NCBI GenBank assembly: GCA_039927015.1
Contig: JBDSVW010000213.1
Location: 1-40,353 of the forward strand
Direction of reading: 5' to 3'
DNA from: Gemmatimonadaceae bacterium
GTDB taxonomy: Bacteria; Gemmatimonadota; Gemmatimonadetes; Gemmatimonadales; Gemmatimonadaceae
Length of the DNA stretch: 40,353 bases
The notes below the pieces were generated by a model that ran no database searches, was not told the origin of the DNA, and was given only the letters and a program-made list of their open reading frames with translations. The position numbers and the translations under genes are program-made. The first letter of the stretch is position 1. Every line of letters begins with the position of its first letter. Below are positions 1-9,853 of the stretch, in pieces.

Positions 1-2
1 TT

Positions 3-1472
3 GTGGGCGCGATGGCGCTGCTGCTGCTGGCCGCGTGGAAGCGTGAGTCCGCGGAGAATCAGCGCACGGTCGGGATGGCCAGCCTGGCGTTGGCGGTGAT
101 CGTGCTAGCCACGGTGATCGTGACCGCCACGCGCGGGCTCTCGGCGGGCAACGGCGTCATTGCCGTGGACTCATTCCGCTGGGCCTCCGACGCGCTCTTC
201 CTGCTGGCGGCCATCATCGCCATTGCGCTCTCGATCGACTACAACGCACGCGAAGGCATCCTCGCCGGCGAGGCACACGTTCTGATCATCTTCGCCACCG
301 GCGGCATGATGGTGATGGTCGCGGCGCGAGACTTGATGGTGCTCTTCCTCGGCATCGAGTTGATGTCGATCGCGGTGTACGTGCTGGCCGGCCTCAATCG
401 ACGCAGTGGCCGCGGCGCCGAAGGCGCGCTGAAGTATTTTCTGCTCGGCGCCTTCTCGACCGCGTTCCTGCTGTACGGTATTGCGCTCGTCTACGGCGCG
501 ACCGGTTCCACGAACCTCATCACCATCGCCGAGCGCATCGCGGCGCTCGACCTGGCCAAGACGCCCATGCTGCTGGTGGGCATCGCGCTGCTTCTGGTCG
601 GATTCGGCTTCAAGCTGGCGGCGGCGCCGTTCCATATGTGGGCACCAGATGTCTACGAAGGCGCGCCGACTCCCATCGCCGGCTTCATGGCGGCGGGCGT
701 GAAAGCGGCGGCCTTCGCCGCGTTCCTGCGCGTGTGGCTCGAAGCCTTCCCGGGCGTCTACTCCGAGTGGCATCGCGCGGTCTGGTGGCTGGCGGCCGTC
801 ACGATGGTCGTCGGAAACCTCATTGCGCTGCAGCAGAAGAACCTCAAGCGCATGCTGGCCTACTCCAGCATCGGCCACACGGGCTTCGTGCTCGTGGCTC
901 TGGCATCCGGGACGCCGCAGGCGGCCACGGCGTTCCTCTTCTATTTGCTGGCGTACACGCTGGCGACGATGGGAGCGTTTGCCATTGTCATCGTGGTGAG
1001 CCAACGCGACGCGCAGCGGGAATCGGTCGAGGACTATCACGGACTCTGGCACAGCAACCCATCCATCGCGATCGCCATGATGGTGTTCATGCTGGCGCTG
1101 CTCGGCTTCCCGATCTTCGGCGGCATGGGCTTCTTCGCGAAGTGGTACGTCCTGCAGGCGGCCATGCAGGCCCCAGCGCCGCAGACCCGCCTCGCGGTGC
1201 TGCTGGTGCTCACCTCCACCATCTCGGCCGGCTACTACGTGTACGTCGTGATGGTGATGTTCATGAAGCAGCGACCCGCTGACGCGCCCGTAATCGCCCC
1301 CATGCGGGGCCTCACGCGCGTCGTCGTGCTCGCCGCCGCCGCGATCATCCTGATCTTCGGGGTGTATCCCGATCCGGTGGTGCGCCTGGCGAAGGCCTCG
1401 AACTCCCTCGCTGTGCCACGACCGATATCCGTGGACGCACCCCGAACCGCCCAGGTGGCGCCGGGACACTGA
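3..1472 (+). CDS. nuoN: NADH-quinone oxidoreductase (complex I) subunit N, 5' end cut by the window edge
   Basis: Polytopic membrane protein with NuoN/ND2-type motifs: LGIELMSIAVYVLAG, EGALKYFLLGAFSTAFLLYGIALVYGATG, FKLAAAPFHMWAPDVYEGAPTPIAGFMA, MLAYSSIGHTGF. Strong G/C third-position bias. Followed by a strong hairpin terminator. Confidence 0.88.
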   Translation: MGAMALLLLAAWKRESAENQRTVGMASLALAVIVLATVIVTATRGLSAGNGVIAVDSFRWASDALFLLAAIIAIALSIDYNAREGILAGEAHVLIIFATGGMMVMVAARDLMVLFLGIELMSIAVYVLAGLNRRSGRGAEGALKYFLLGAFSTAFLLYGIALVYGATGSTNLITIAERIAALDLAKTPMLLVGIALLLVGFGFKLAAAPFHMWAPDVYEGAPTPIAGFMAAGVKAAAFAAFLRVWLEAFPGVYSEWHRAVWWLAAVTMVVGNLIALQQKNLKRMLAYSSIGHTGFVLVALASGTPQAATAFLFYLLAYTLATMGAFAIVIVVSQRDAQRESVEDYHGLWHSNPSIAIAMMVFMLALLGFPIFGGMGFFAKWYVLQAAMQAPAPQTRLAVLLVLTSTISAGYYVYVVMVMFMKQRPADAPVIAPMRGLTRVVVLAAAAIILIFGVYPDPVVRLAKASNSLAVPRPISVDAPRTAQVAPGH

Positions 1473-1478
1473 TCTCAC

Positions 1479-1510
1479 GCGGGGCCGCACTGCGGCCCCG
1501 CCTTGTTTCG
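1479..1510 (+). terminator. Rho-independent terminator after nuoN
   Basis: Perfect 10-bp GC stem GCGGGGCCGC-ACT-GCGGCCCCGC (1479-1501) followed by CTTGTTTCG. It overlaps the TTG at 1503, which argues that the next gene starts at ATG 1530. Confidence 0.75.
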
Positions 1511-1529
1511 CCGTACGGCACGAGGATTC

Positions 1530-2900
1530 ATGGCAATTCCAGCGGGCATATTTCGCCAGTACGACATACGCGGCATCGTGGGCGACGACCTCACCGAGGA
1601 AGCGGCCGAGGCCATCGGACGCGCCTACGCGCTGTACCTCGCCGATCGGCACATCGCCGGCAGCGTGGCGGTAGGCCGGGACAACCGGCCGAGTGGTAGC
1701 GGACTGTGCGATGCGCTGGTGCGTGGCCTCACATCCAGTGGTGTGGACGTGATCGACATTGGCGTCGTTCCCACGCCGTTGCTGTACTGGAGTCTCCATC
1801 ATCTGCCCGTCGTTGGCGGGATCCAGATCACGGGCTCGCACAATCCCCCGGAGTACAACGGCTTCAAGCTCTCCGTCGGCCGCGAATCGCTGCACGGAAC
1901 GGGTATCCAGGAGCTCTATCGGCTCGTAAATAGCGGCACGTCACGCACTGGGAAAGGAAGTGTCTCGATTACGAGTGTCCTGGACGAGTACATCGACGAC
2001 GTTGTGGCGCGCGTCGGGCCCCTGTCACGTCCACTCAAGGTCGTGGTCGACGCGGGCAACGGCGCGGGTGCGCTGGTCGCCGAGCGCCTGTATTCACGGC
2101 TGGGCGTGCAGGGCACCTACATCTTCTGTGACAGCGATGGCACCTTTCCCAACCATCACCCCGATCCCACGGTGGTGGAGAACCTGCAGGACCTGATCGC
2201 CGAAGTGGAGACGCGCGGCGCCGATCTTGGCATCGCCTTCGACGGGGACGCCGACCGGATTGGCGTGGTGGATGACGAAGGCACGATCATCTGGGGCGAC
2301 CACATCCTGATCCTGTACGCGCGGGATGTGCTCGCCCGCACGGGCCGCGGCCAGTCGATCATCTTCGACGTGAAGTGCTCCCAGGCGCTGCCCGACGCCA
2401 TCGAGGCGGCGGGAGGCGTGCCGCTCATGTGGAAGACGGGCCACTCCCTCATCAAGGACAAGATGAAGGAGAAACATGCGCCCGTGGCGGGCGAGATGTC
2501 GGGACACATGTTCTTTTCCGAGGGCTTCTACGGTCACGACGACGCCCTCTACGGCGGCGCGCGTCTGCTGCGCATCATTGCCGACAGCGGCAAGTCGGTC
2601 CGCGAGCTGCTGTCCGATGTTCCAAAGTTTGTCTCGACCCCGGAGATCCGGGTGGACTGCCCCGACGACCGCAAGTTTGAGGTTGTGGAAGCCGCAGCGC
2701 GCCATTACAAGGCGAAGTATGACGTGATAGACGTGGATGGCGTGCGCGTGCTGTTCGGCGACGGCTGGGGACTTGTGCGGGCCTCGAATACGCAGCCGAT
2801 TCTGGTCACGCGGTACGAGGCGCTCAGCGCCGGCCGGCTCACGGAGATCCAGACGGAGATGGAAGATTGGCTGCGCTCGCAAGGCATGACTCCCGCATGA
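1530..2900 (+). CDS. Phosphomannomutase/phosphoglucomutase (alpha-D-phosphohexomutase, AlgC/ManB type)
   Basis: FRQYDIRGIVGDDLT near the N-terminus. Active-site serine loop TGSHNPPEYNGFK, metal loop FDGDADRIG, sugar loop GEMSGH. ATG 1530 is preceded by GAGGA. The track ORF starts at TTG 1503, inside the terminator tail. Confidence 0.88.
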   Translation: MAIPAGIFRQYDIRGIVGDDLTEEAAEAIGRAYALYLADRHIAGSVAVGRDNRPSGSGLCDALVRGLTSSGVDVIDIGVVPTPLLYWSLHHLPVVGGIQITGSHNPPEYNGFKLSVGRESLHGTGIQELYRLVNSGTSRTGKGSVSITSVLDEYIDDVVARVGPLSRPLKVVVDAGNGAGALVAERLYSRLGVQGTYIFCDSDGTFPNHHPDPTVVENLQDLIAEVETRGADLGIAFDGDADRIGVVDDEGTIIWGDHILILYARDVLARTGRGQSIIFDVKCSQALPDAIEAAGGVPLMWKTGHSLIKDKMKEKHAPVAGEMSGHMFFSEGFYGHDDALYGGARLLRIIADSGKSVRELLSDVPKFVSTPEIRVDCPDDRKFEVVEAAARHYKAKYDVIDVDGVRVLFGDGWGLVRASNTQPILVTRYEALSAGRLTEIQTEMEDWLRSQGMTPA

Positions 2901-2909
2901 CCGCGTAAC

Positions 2910-5390
2910 GTGAGCCGCCGCCGCTGGATCGGCGGGGGGGTGGTCGCGATTGCGGCGCTTCTCCTCATCGGCCGCCTCGCTGCCGGATGGTACGTCGAGT
3001 ACATCTGGTACGATGCGCTGGGAGCGGCCGCGATCTGGCGGGCGCGCACGATCGACCTGCTCCTGATGCGCGGGCTCGCGTTCGTTGTCGGCACCACGTT
3101 CGTGTTCCTCAACCTGTACGCGGTGCGGCACTCAGTCGTCTCACTCGTGCTCCCACGACGCGTGGGTGACCTCGAGATTGGCGAGGAGGTGCCGGGGCGA
3201 TACCTGATGGGCGCGGTGATCATCATCTCGCTCGTCCTTGGCCTGGCGCTCGCGCTTCCGCACAGTGACTGGACCTCGTTCGACCTGCTGCGGCACGGGG
3301 AAGCATTCCGCGAGAGCGACCCGTACTTCCGGTTCGACATGGCATTCTGGATCTACTGGCTGCCGCTCGAGGTCGAGGCCCACCTGTGGTCGCTCATCAC
3401 GCTGCTGGTCGTCACGCTGCTCGTCGTGGTCCTGTATGCCCTCACGCCGAGCCTGCGCTGGGAGGGCGGCCGGCTGCGCGTCTCGAGCTATGTGCGCCGT
3501 CATTTCTTCGCGTTAGGCGCGATCCTGCTCGTCTTGCTGGGGTGGAGCTACCGGCTCGATGCGTACGAATTGTTGCTCAACGGCAGCGGAGCCCTGGGCG
3601 TCTTCAACGCCCTCGACCATCGCGTGGGGATCCCGGCCAGTCTCGTGCTCGCCCTCGGCACCATTGCCGCCGCCATGTTGCTCCTCTGGTCGGGCTGGGT
3701 GGGGCAGTTTCGCATCGCGTTCGCGACGGTGAGCATGACGTTGCTGCTCGCCCTCGCGCTCCGGCAGTTCCTGCCACCGATCGCTGAGCGCTTTCTCGAG
3801 CCGAGCGACGCGGACGTGCGGGACGCCTCCTACTTCAAGACGCGGGCGGGCTACACGCGGCGGGCGTACAACATCGAGCGCATCACGACGGCGGACTCCG
3901 CCGGCAGCACGCGCTCGCTGGCCGGCGCGGTGCGCGGGGCGGCATCGTGGGATCCCCTCGCGCTCGAGCGCGCCCTGGCGCATGAGCGGCGCGCCGGGCA
4001 TCCAATGGGCGCGCCGGGCTGGGAGAGTCAGGACGGCCGCCTTCACGGCCTCCTCGTGGAGCAGCCCTCTGGTACCGACGCGAGCGAGGCCCTGGCGCGG
4101 TGGAACGTCGTGCGCGTGGACGCCGGGATGACAACCGAGCAGGGCGCGCCACTCAGTGTGGCCGGTTCGGACCGGGAGTCCGCCCTTCCAGGGGCAATCG
4201 TGCACGACTCGGCCTCCGGCTACGCGATCGTGATCGACTCGTTAGGCCAGATCGCCGCGCCGACGCTGCGGTCGCTCGGCGCGCGGGTGGCGTACGCCTG
4301 GGGACTCCAGAATCCCCGGCTCCTGACGGATGATGGTCCGCGCCAGAATGCCCGGCTCGTCATGCATCGCGACGTGCGCGGACGTGTGCGACGGATCTTC
4401 CCCTTCCTCCTGCACGGAGCCCGCGTGGCGCCGGTGGTGTATCGCGACTCGCTCTTCTGGAGCGTCCACCTCTACGCGGCGTCGGCGACTTATCCGCTCA
4501 GCGATCCCATGCGCATCGGCAACGAGGAGGTGCGCTACTTCCAGCACGCCGGCGTGGCGATGGTGAATGCCCATACCGGCCGAGTCTTTGCCGTGGCGGA
4601 TCCGTCGCCCGACCCGATCACCCTGTCGTGGATGAAGCGCTTTCCGTTCCTCTTCGTGTCGCTCAGCGCGCTCCCGCGCGAACTGACGGCACCGATCCCC
4701 CCGCCCGTGGAGGCCGCGCTTGTGCACGCGCGCCTGTTCGCGCATGTCGGGCCTCGGGGGGTCAGTGGTCCGCCGTCGCATCTGCCGCGACAACATGGCG
4801 GGGATACGCTCTTCTCCTTTCCCACCTTTTCCCCGTTCGTCGATTCCACGTCGGGAAACCTGGCGCTGGCATATCCCATCCTCGACGCATCCGACCGCAT
4901 GCGCGGCGTCGTCGTCGCCACGGGCGGTGCCGATTACGCGGTGCGCTGGCAGCCCTTCGCCACGCCGGGACCCCGATGGATGAGCGTCGTCGATCGACTC
5001 CACCGCGCCGTCGACTCGCTCTCTCAGGCCATGACCCCTCGCGAGGCGCCACTCGTGCGCGGGCCGGTGCGCCTGCTGCCGTACGGGGGAGCGAGCGCGT
5101 ACGTCCAGACCGCCTATCTCTGGCGGGGCGAGGGCACGCCCGCGATTCGCGTCGTGGCCGTGCTGGCGGACGACACGGTGCGAACGGGCTCGACTATCGC
5201 GGGGGCGGTGGGACTGCCCGTGCCGACGATGCCGACAGATCCGCTGACGCCGTCCGAGTTCTTCGATCGGGTGGAGGCGCTCTACGGTGACATGCGGGAG
5301 GCGATGCGCCGCGGTGACTGGCTGGCATTCGGTGCCGCGTACGAGTCCCTGGGCCGCACGTTGCGCTCCGTGCCGGCCCCCAAGCCGTGA
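2910..5390 (+). CDS. UPF0182-family large integral membrane protein (function unknown)
   Basis: 826 aa. About 7 N-terminal TM helices with the aromatic-rich start WYVEYIWYDALG and FWIYWLPLE, then a long soluble or extracytoplasmic C-terminal region. This architecture and these N-terminal motifs match UPF0182 as I remember it. Not verified by search. Confidence 0.65.
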   Translation: MSRRRWIGGGVVAIAALLLIGRLAAGWYVEYIWYDALGAAAIWRARTIDLLLMRGLAFVVGTTFVFLNLYAVRHSVVSLVLPRRVGDLEIGEEVPGRYLMGAVIIISLVLGLALALPHSDWTSFDLLRHGEAFRESDPYFRFDMAFWIYWLPLEVEAHLWSLITLLVVTLLVVVLYALTPSLRWEGGRLRVSSYVRRHFFALGAILLVLLGWSYRLDAYELLLNGSGALGVFNALDHRVGIPASLVLALGTIAAAMLLLWSGWVGQFRIAFATVSMTLLLALALRQFLPPIAERFLEPSDADVRDASYFKTRAGYTRRAYNIERITTADSAGSTRSLAGAVRGAASWDPLALERALAHERRAGHPMGAPGWESQDGRLHGLLVEQPSGTDASEALARWNVVRVDAGMTTEQGAPLSVAGSDRESALPGAIVHDSASGYAIVIDSLGQIAAPTLRSLGARVAYAWGLQNPRLLTDDGPRQNARLVMHRDVRGRVRRIFPFLLHGARVAPVVYRDSLFWSVHLYAASATYPLSDPMRIGNEEVRYFQHAGVAMVNAHTGRVFAVADPSPDPITLSWMKRFPFLFVSLSALPRELTAPIPPPVEAALVHARLFAHVGPRGVSGPPSHLPRQHGGDTLFSFPTFSPFVDSTSGNLALAYPILDASDRMRGVVVATGGADYAVRWQPFATPGPRWMSVVDRLHRAVDSLSQAMTPREAPLVRGPVRLLPYGGASAYVQTAYLWRGEGTPAIRVVAVLADDTVRTGSTIAGAVGLPVPTMPTDPLTPSEFFDRVEALYGDMREAMRRGDWLAFGAAYESLGRTLRSVPAPKP

Positions 5391-5570
5391 GCAAGCCTTG
5401 AACCCCCTCTGCAGGGTCCGTAGCTTGACCCGCCGAGACACCATACCTGCCGCAAGGCGCGCCACCGCTCCATCGGGCGCGCGGTCACCCGAGGGCGAGC
5501 GTTGCCGCCCCCTTTGCGGTGGTCAGGCGGCACCCTCATCGGCGGCAACGTCCACAAAGTCGGAGAACGC

Positions 5571-6716
5571 GTGAACATCCACGAATACCAGGCGAAGGAG
5601 CTCCTCCGCGCCGTCGGCGTGCCGATTCCGCCCGGAGACATCGCGACCACGCCTAACGAGGCAGAAACGATTGCACGCGGCATCGGCAAGATGGTCGTGG
5701 TCAAGGCCCAGGTGCACGCCGGCGGACGCGGCAAGGCTGGCGGCGTGAAGCTCGCCAAGACGCCCGAAGAGGCCAAGGAAAAGGCGCAGGCGATTCTGGG
5801 CATGCAGATCAAGGGGCTCACCGTCGAGAAGGTCCTGGTGACCGAAGCGGTGGACATCGCCTCCGAAGCCTACGTCGGCATCATCCTCGACCGGGCCAGC
5901 AAGAAGCCCGTGTTCATGGTGAGTCCCGCGGGCGGCATCGACATCGAGGAAGTCGCCGCCTCGACCCCGGACAAGATCCTCAAGCTGCCGATCGAAACGC
6001 GATACGGGCTCATGCCCTTCCAGGCCATGCGACTCGGCTTCTTCCTCTTCGACGACGCGGCCAAGGCCCGCACGGCGTCCAAGATCATGCAGCAGCTCTA
6101 CACCGCCTTCATGGCGAACGGCTGCTCCCTGGCCGAGATCAATCCGTTGGTCGTGACCACCGCCGGCGAAGTGATCGCCGTGGACGCCAAGATGGTCATC
6201 GACGACAACGAGCTCGATCGCCTGCCGGTCATCGCCGCGTTGCGCGACGAGAGTGCCGAGGAACCGAGCGAGGTGCTGGCGCGTGATGCCAGCCTCACCT
6301 TCATCAAGCTCGATGGCAACGTGGGCTGCGTCGTGAATGGTGCGGGCCTGGCGATGGCCACGATGGATCTCGTGAAGTACTACGGCGGCGATCCGGCGAA
6401 CTTCCTCGACATCGGCGGTTCCTCCAACCCTGAAAAGGTGGTGGCCGCGCTGCAGATCATCACGGCCGACAAGAGCGTGAAGGCCATCCTGTTCAACATC
6501 TTTGGCGGCATCACGCGCACCGACGACGTTGCCAACGGCATCGTGACCGCGACGAAGGCGAACCCCCTCACGGTGCCCATCGTCATTCGACTCACCGGCA
6601 CCAACGAAGAAATCGCGATGAAGATTCTGACCGAGAACGGATTCTCCGCGTCCAAGGACATGGACGAAGCCGTGCAGAAAGCCGTGCAACTCGCGACGGG
6701 AGGACAGGCCTCGTGA
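5571..6716 (+). CDS. sucC: Succinyl-CoA synthetase beta subunit
   Basis: The GTG start gives (M)[14 protein letters not shown]-grasp motifs [19 protein letters not shown], and [21 protein letters not shown] Shine-Dalgarno 5 nt upstream. The upstream part of the track ORF (from 5502) has no homology signature. Confidence 0.95.
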   Translation: MNIHEYQAKELLRAVGVPIPPGDIATTPNEAETIARGIGKMVVVKAQVHAGGRGKAGGVKLAKTPEEAKEKAQAILGMQIKGLTVEKVLVTEAVDIASEAYVGIILDRASKKPVFMVSPAGGIDIEEVAASTPDKILKLPIETRYGLMPFQAMRLGFFLFDDAAKARTASKIMQQLYTAFMANGCSLAEINPLVVTTAGEVIAVDAKMVIDDNELDRLPVIAALRDESAEEPSEVLARDASLTFIKLDGNVGCVVNGAGLAMATMDLVKYYGGDPANFLDIGGSSNPEKVVAALQIITADKSVKAILFNIFGGITRTDDVANGIVTATKANPLTVPIVIRLTGTNEEIAMKILTENGFSASKDMDEAVQKAVQLATGGQAS

Positions 6717-7585
6717 GCGTCTTCATCGACAAGAACACGACCGTCGTCGTGCAAGGCATCACGGGCCGTGATGGCTCGTTCCACGCCAAGCAGATGATGG
6801 AGTACGGCACGCAGGTCGTGGCCGGTGTCACGCCGGGCAAGGGTGGCCAGAAGTTCGAGGGCTCCGTGCCCGTCTACAACACCGTTGCCGACGCCGCGGC
6901 CGCCACCGGCGCCAACACGTCCGTGATCTACGTGCCCCCGATGTACGCCGCCGACGCGATCATGGAAGCGGCGGACGCGGGCATCAAGCTCATCGTGGCG
7001 ATCACCGAGGGCGTGCCTGTGCTCGACATGACGCGCGTCCATCCGTACGTGAAGGAGAAGGGCGCCCGCCTGCTGGGCCCGAACTGCCCGGGACTTATTT
7101 CGCCTGGGCAGTCCAAGGTCGGCATCATTCCCGGCCGCATCTGCACCCCAGGACCGGTTGGCGTCGTCTCACGATCGGGCACCCTGACCTACGAAATCGT
7201 CTATCAGCTCACGCGGGCCGGCATCGGCCAGACCACATGCGTCGGAATCGGCGGCGATCCCATCAACGGCACCAACTTCATCGACGCCCTGGAGGCATTC
7301 GAGGCGGATCCGGCCACCAAGGCGATCTGCATGATGGGCGAGATCGGCGGCACGGACGAGCAGGAAGCGGCCGAATTCGTCAAGCGCCACATGAAGAAGC
7401 CGGTGGTCGGCTTCATCGCGGGCCAGACCGCCCCCCCGGGTCGCCGCATGGGACACGCCGGCGCCATCATTTCCGGCTCGTCGGGCACGGCTGCGGAGAA
7501 GATCCAGGCCTTCGAGGACGCGGGAATGGGTGTCGCGAAGCGACCGATCGATTTCGTGGAGCTGGTCAAGGCTCGTCTCAACTAA
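6713..7585 (+). CDS. sucD: Succinyl-CoA synthetase alpha subunit
   Basis: [43 protein letters not shown], phosphohistidine loop [13 protein letters not shown] stop/start overlap with sucC. Confidence 0.95.
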   Translation: MSVFIDKNTTVVVQGITGRDGSFHAKQMMEYGTQVVAGVTPGKGGQKFEGSVPVYNTVADAAAATGANTSVIYVPPMYAADAIMEAADAGIKLIVAITEGVPVLDMTRVHPYVKEKGARLLGPNCPGLISPGQSKVGIIPGRICTPGPVGVVSRSGTLTYEIVYQLTRAGIGQTTCVGIGGDPINGTNFIDALEAFEADPATKAICMMGEIGGTDEQEAAEFVKRHMKKPVVGFIAGQTAPPGRRMGHAGAIISGSSGTAAEKIQAFEDAGMGVAKRPIDFVELVKARLN

Positions 7586-7613
7586 ACCGTTCTGAACTGC
7601 AACTGAGGACTAC

Positions 7614-8033
7614 ATGGCTGGGCAACGCACGCTGACCATCGTAAAACCGGACGCCTTTGGCGCCGGCAAGGCAGGCAAGATCATCGCGCACCTCGAGGGG
7701 GCGGGCTTCCGGCTCGTCTCCGCGCGGGTGATGCAGCTCTCCTCGGCGCAGGCCGAGGAGTTTTATGGCGTGCATCGGGAGCGTCCCTTTTTCCGCTCCC
7801 TGGTGACCTTCATGACGTCGGGGCAGTGCATGCCGGTCGTGCTGGAGCGGGAGAACGCCGTGGGCGAGTTGCGGACCGTCATCGGCGCCACCGATCCCGC
7901 CGAAGCGGCGGCCGGAACGGTGCGGAAGCTGTACGCCGAGTCCAAGGAGCGGAACGCGATTCACGCCTCGGATTCGGACGAGAATGCCTCTCGGGAGTGT
8001 CGCTTCTTCTTCGCCGAGTCTGAGATTCTCTGA
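7614..8033 (+). CDS. ndk: Nucleoside diphosphate kinase
   Basis: RTLTIVKPDAF, FYGVHRERPFF, NAIHASDS (active-site His). GAGGA 5 nt upstream of the ATG. Confidence 0.95.
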   Translation: MAGQRTLTIVKPDAFGAGKAGKIIAHLEGAGFRLVSARVMQLSSAQAEEFYGVHRERPFFRSLVTFMTSGQCMPVVLERENAVGELRTVIGATDPAEAAAGTVRKLYAESKERNAIHASDSDENASRECRFFFAESEIL

Positions 8034-8063
8034 GAACGGCCTAAGTTCCTGAGCCATCGCCAC

Positions 8064-8092
8064 TTGATACGCTAGTCCGGCCCGCCTAAATT
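8064..8092 (+). promoter_or_regulatory. Putative sigma-70-type promoter for the yceD-rpmF-plsX-fab operon (TTGATA-N17-TAAATT)
   Basis: TTGATA at 8064-8069, a 17-nt spacer, TAAATT at 8087-8092. The yceD ATG (8101) lies 8 nt after the -10 element, with no Shine-Dalgarno sequence in between. This implies a leaderless or near-leaderless mRNA. Confidence 0.4.
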
Positions 8093-8100
8093 GCCGGGCT

Positions 8101-8610
8101 ATGCTGTCATTTGACCTCCGATCTCTCGACTCCGAGGCGGTTCACGTCGACGCCGTGCTGGCCGCGGACGATGCGATCTGGAACGCGGACGATGCGCGAC
8201 CCAGGGATGGCGTTCACGTAACTGGGCGTTTGTCCACGGCGGGCGCAGGGCGATATTACTTCAGCGGACGAATCGACGGGGTGAGTCAGGACGCATGTCG
8301 CCGGTGTCTGGTGGATGCGAGCGCTCCGGTCACGGAAGATGTGCAGCTGGTGTTTGCCGGGTCGGACGGCGAGGAATCCGACGAGTCGGACGTATATCTC
8401 ATCGATACGCGTGAGTACAATCTCGACCTGCGGCCGGCCATCCGGGAACAATGGCTGCTGGCCGTGCCCTCGCTCCTGGTCTGCCGGGACGAGTGCAAGG
8501 GATTATGCCCCACGTGCGGTGCTGACCTGAATGACGGGGCGTGCAGTTGCGCACCGACGCGAGACCCCCGCTGGGATGCGCTCCGCTCGATGGACGAGTC
8601 GGCGCGTTAG
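8101..8610 (+). CDS. yceD: YceD/DUF177 family protein (large-subunit rRNA accumulation protein)
   Basis: Conserved position directly upstream of rpmF. Acidic protein with a C-terminal Cys cluster CRDECKGLCPTCGADLNDGACSC, typical of DUF177. Confidence 0.8.
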   Translation: MLSFDLRSLDSEAVHVDAVLAADDAIWNADDARPRDGVHVTGRLSTAGAGRYYFSGRIDGVSQDACRRCLVDASAPVTEDVQLVFAGSDGEESDESDVYLIDTREYNLDLRPAIREQWLLAVPSLLVCRDECKGLCPTCGADLNDGACSCAPTRDPRWDALRSMDESAR

Positions 8611-8640
8611 GCGGATCACTTTTTCTGAGACGATAGTCCC

Positions 8641-8823
8641 ATGGCCGTTCCCAAGCGCCGAACCTCCAAGCAAAGAAAGCGCCTGCGCAACACGCACAAG
8701 ACCGCTCCGGCGATTGCAATCCAGGACTGCCCGCGGTGTGGCAGCATGAAGCGTCCGCATCGTGTGTGCGCGGAGTGCGGATATTACGCGGGTGAGCAGC
8801 GAGTAGCCGCACAGGAAGCATAG
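8641..8823 (+). CDS. rpmF: 50S ribosomal protein L32
   Basis: MAVPKRRTSKQRKRLR N-terminus and a C4 zinc knuckle CPRCG...CAECG. Confidence 0.96.
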   Translation: MAVPKRRTSKQRKRLRNTHKTAPAIAIQDCPRCGSMKRPHRVCAECGYYAGEQRVAAQEA

Positions 8824-8824
8824 C

Positions 8825-9853
8825 TTGGCGCGCATCGCGCTCGACGCGATGGGGGGCGATTTCGCCCCCTCTGCCACCGTCGCGGGTGCACTGCTCGCGT
8901 TAGGTGAGCTCGACCGGTCCCATCGTATCCAGCTCGTGGGTGCGCCTGACGTGATTCGGCAGGCCATCGCCGCCGAGCTGGGGGGCGCGCATGCGTCGCT
9001 GGCGCAGCACGCGGACCGGCTCGATATCGTGGAAGCGCTGCAGACGATCGAGATGTCGGAGAAGCCCTCGGCCGTCGTGCGCGGAAAGCCCAACAGCTCC
9101 ATGCATGTCGGGCTCCGCCTCCAGGTGGACGGGCAATCGGATGCGTTCATCTCCGCCGGCAACACCGGCGCGCAGATGGCGATTTCGTCGTTTGTGCTTC
9201 GGCTGCACGCGGGCCTCTCTCGGCCCGCCATCAGCACGGTGTTCCCCACGGCCCGGGAGTCGGTCGTGGTGCTCGACTCGGGCGCCAACGTGGACTGCTC
9301 ACCGCAGGAACTCGTCCAGTTCGCCCGGCTCGGCGCGGTCTACGCTACCGACATCCTTGGACGCAAGAACCCGGTCATCGGGCTGTTGAGCGTGGGAGAG
9401 GAGGCGGAGAAGGGCAACGCCGCCGTGAAGGAGGCGCATCAGCTCCTGCTCAAGTCGGGACTCAACTTTCAGGGAAATGTCGAGGGCCGGGACATCGCCA
9501 TGGGAGCCAGCGATCGCGGGCCGTTCGATGTGGTGGTGTGCGACGGCTTCGTCGGCAACGCGCTGCTCAAGTTCTACGAGGCCATCGCGCCCACCATCAT
9601 CTCAATGGTGGCGCGGCACTCCGGCCTCTCGCAGCAGCAACTGGAAGCGGCGTTTGGTCAGCTCGATCACTCGGAGCAGGGTGGGGCGCCGTTGTTGGGC
9701 GTGAAGGGGGTGTCGATCATCTCGCACGGAAAGTCCTCGTCGCGCGCGATCAAGAACGCCATTCGTGTCGCACTCCGCGCCGTGGAGTCGCGGATGAACG
9801 AACACATTGGCCGGCGGCTGTCGGACCACGAGAACGGGGGCGCTGCCGCGTGA
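8825..9853 (+). CDS. plsX: Phosphate acyltransferase PlsX
   Basis: TTG start. IALDAMGGDFAP, ISAGNTGA and CDGFVGNALLK motifs. Canonical rpmF-plsX-fabH order. Confidence 0.93.
   Translation: MARIALDAMGGDFAPSATVAGALLALGELDRSHRIQLVGAPDVIRQAIAAELGGAHASLAQHADRLDIVEALQTIEMSEKPSAVVRGKPNSSMHVGLRLQVDGQSDAFISAGNTGAQMAISSFVLRLHAGLSRPAISTVFPTARESVVVLDSGANVDCSPQELVQFARLGAVYATDILGRKNPVIGLLSVGEEAEKGNAAVKEAHQLLLKSGLNFQGNVEGRDIAMGASDRGPFDVVVCDGFVGNALLKFYEAIAPTIISMVARHSGLSQQQLEAAFGQLDHSEQGGAPLLGVKGVSIISHGKSSSRAIKNAIRVALRAVESRMNEHIGRRLSDHENGGAAA

Noticed and set aside
171-1895. 574-aa minus-strand ORF antisense to nuoN and the PMM gene. Similar long antisense ORFs occur at 2094-3131, 4242-5465, 5523-6689, 13830-15266, 21091-22539, 23976-25700, 28332-29927, 30800-31735, 32929-33861 and 35928-37007.
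   Set aside because: Each lies opposite a plus-strand gene with unmistakable family motifs. Their translations are Arg/His/Gly/Asp-rich low-complexity strings with no motifs. Stop-free antisense frames are expected at this GC content.
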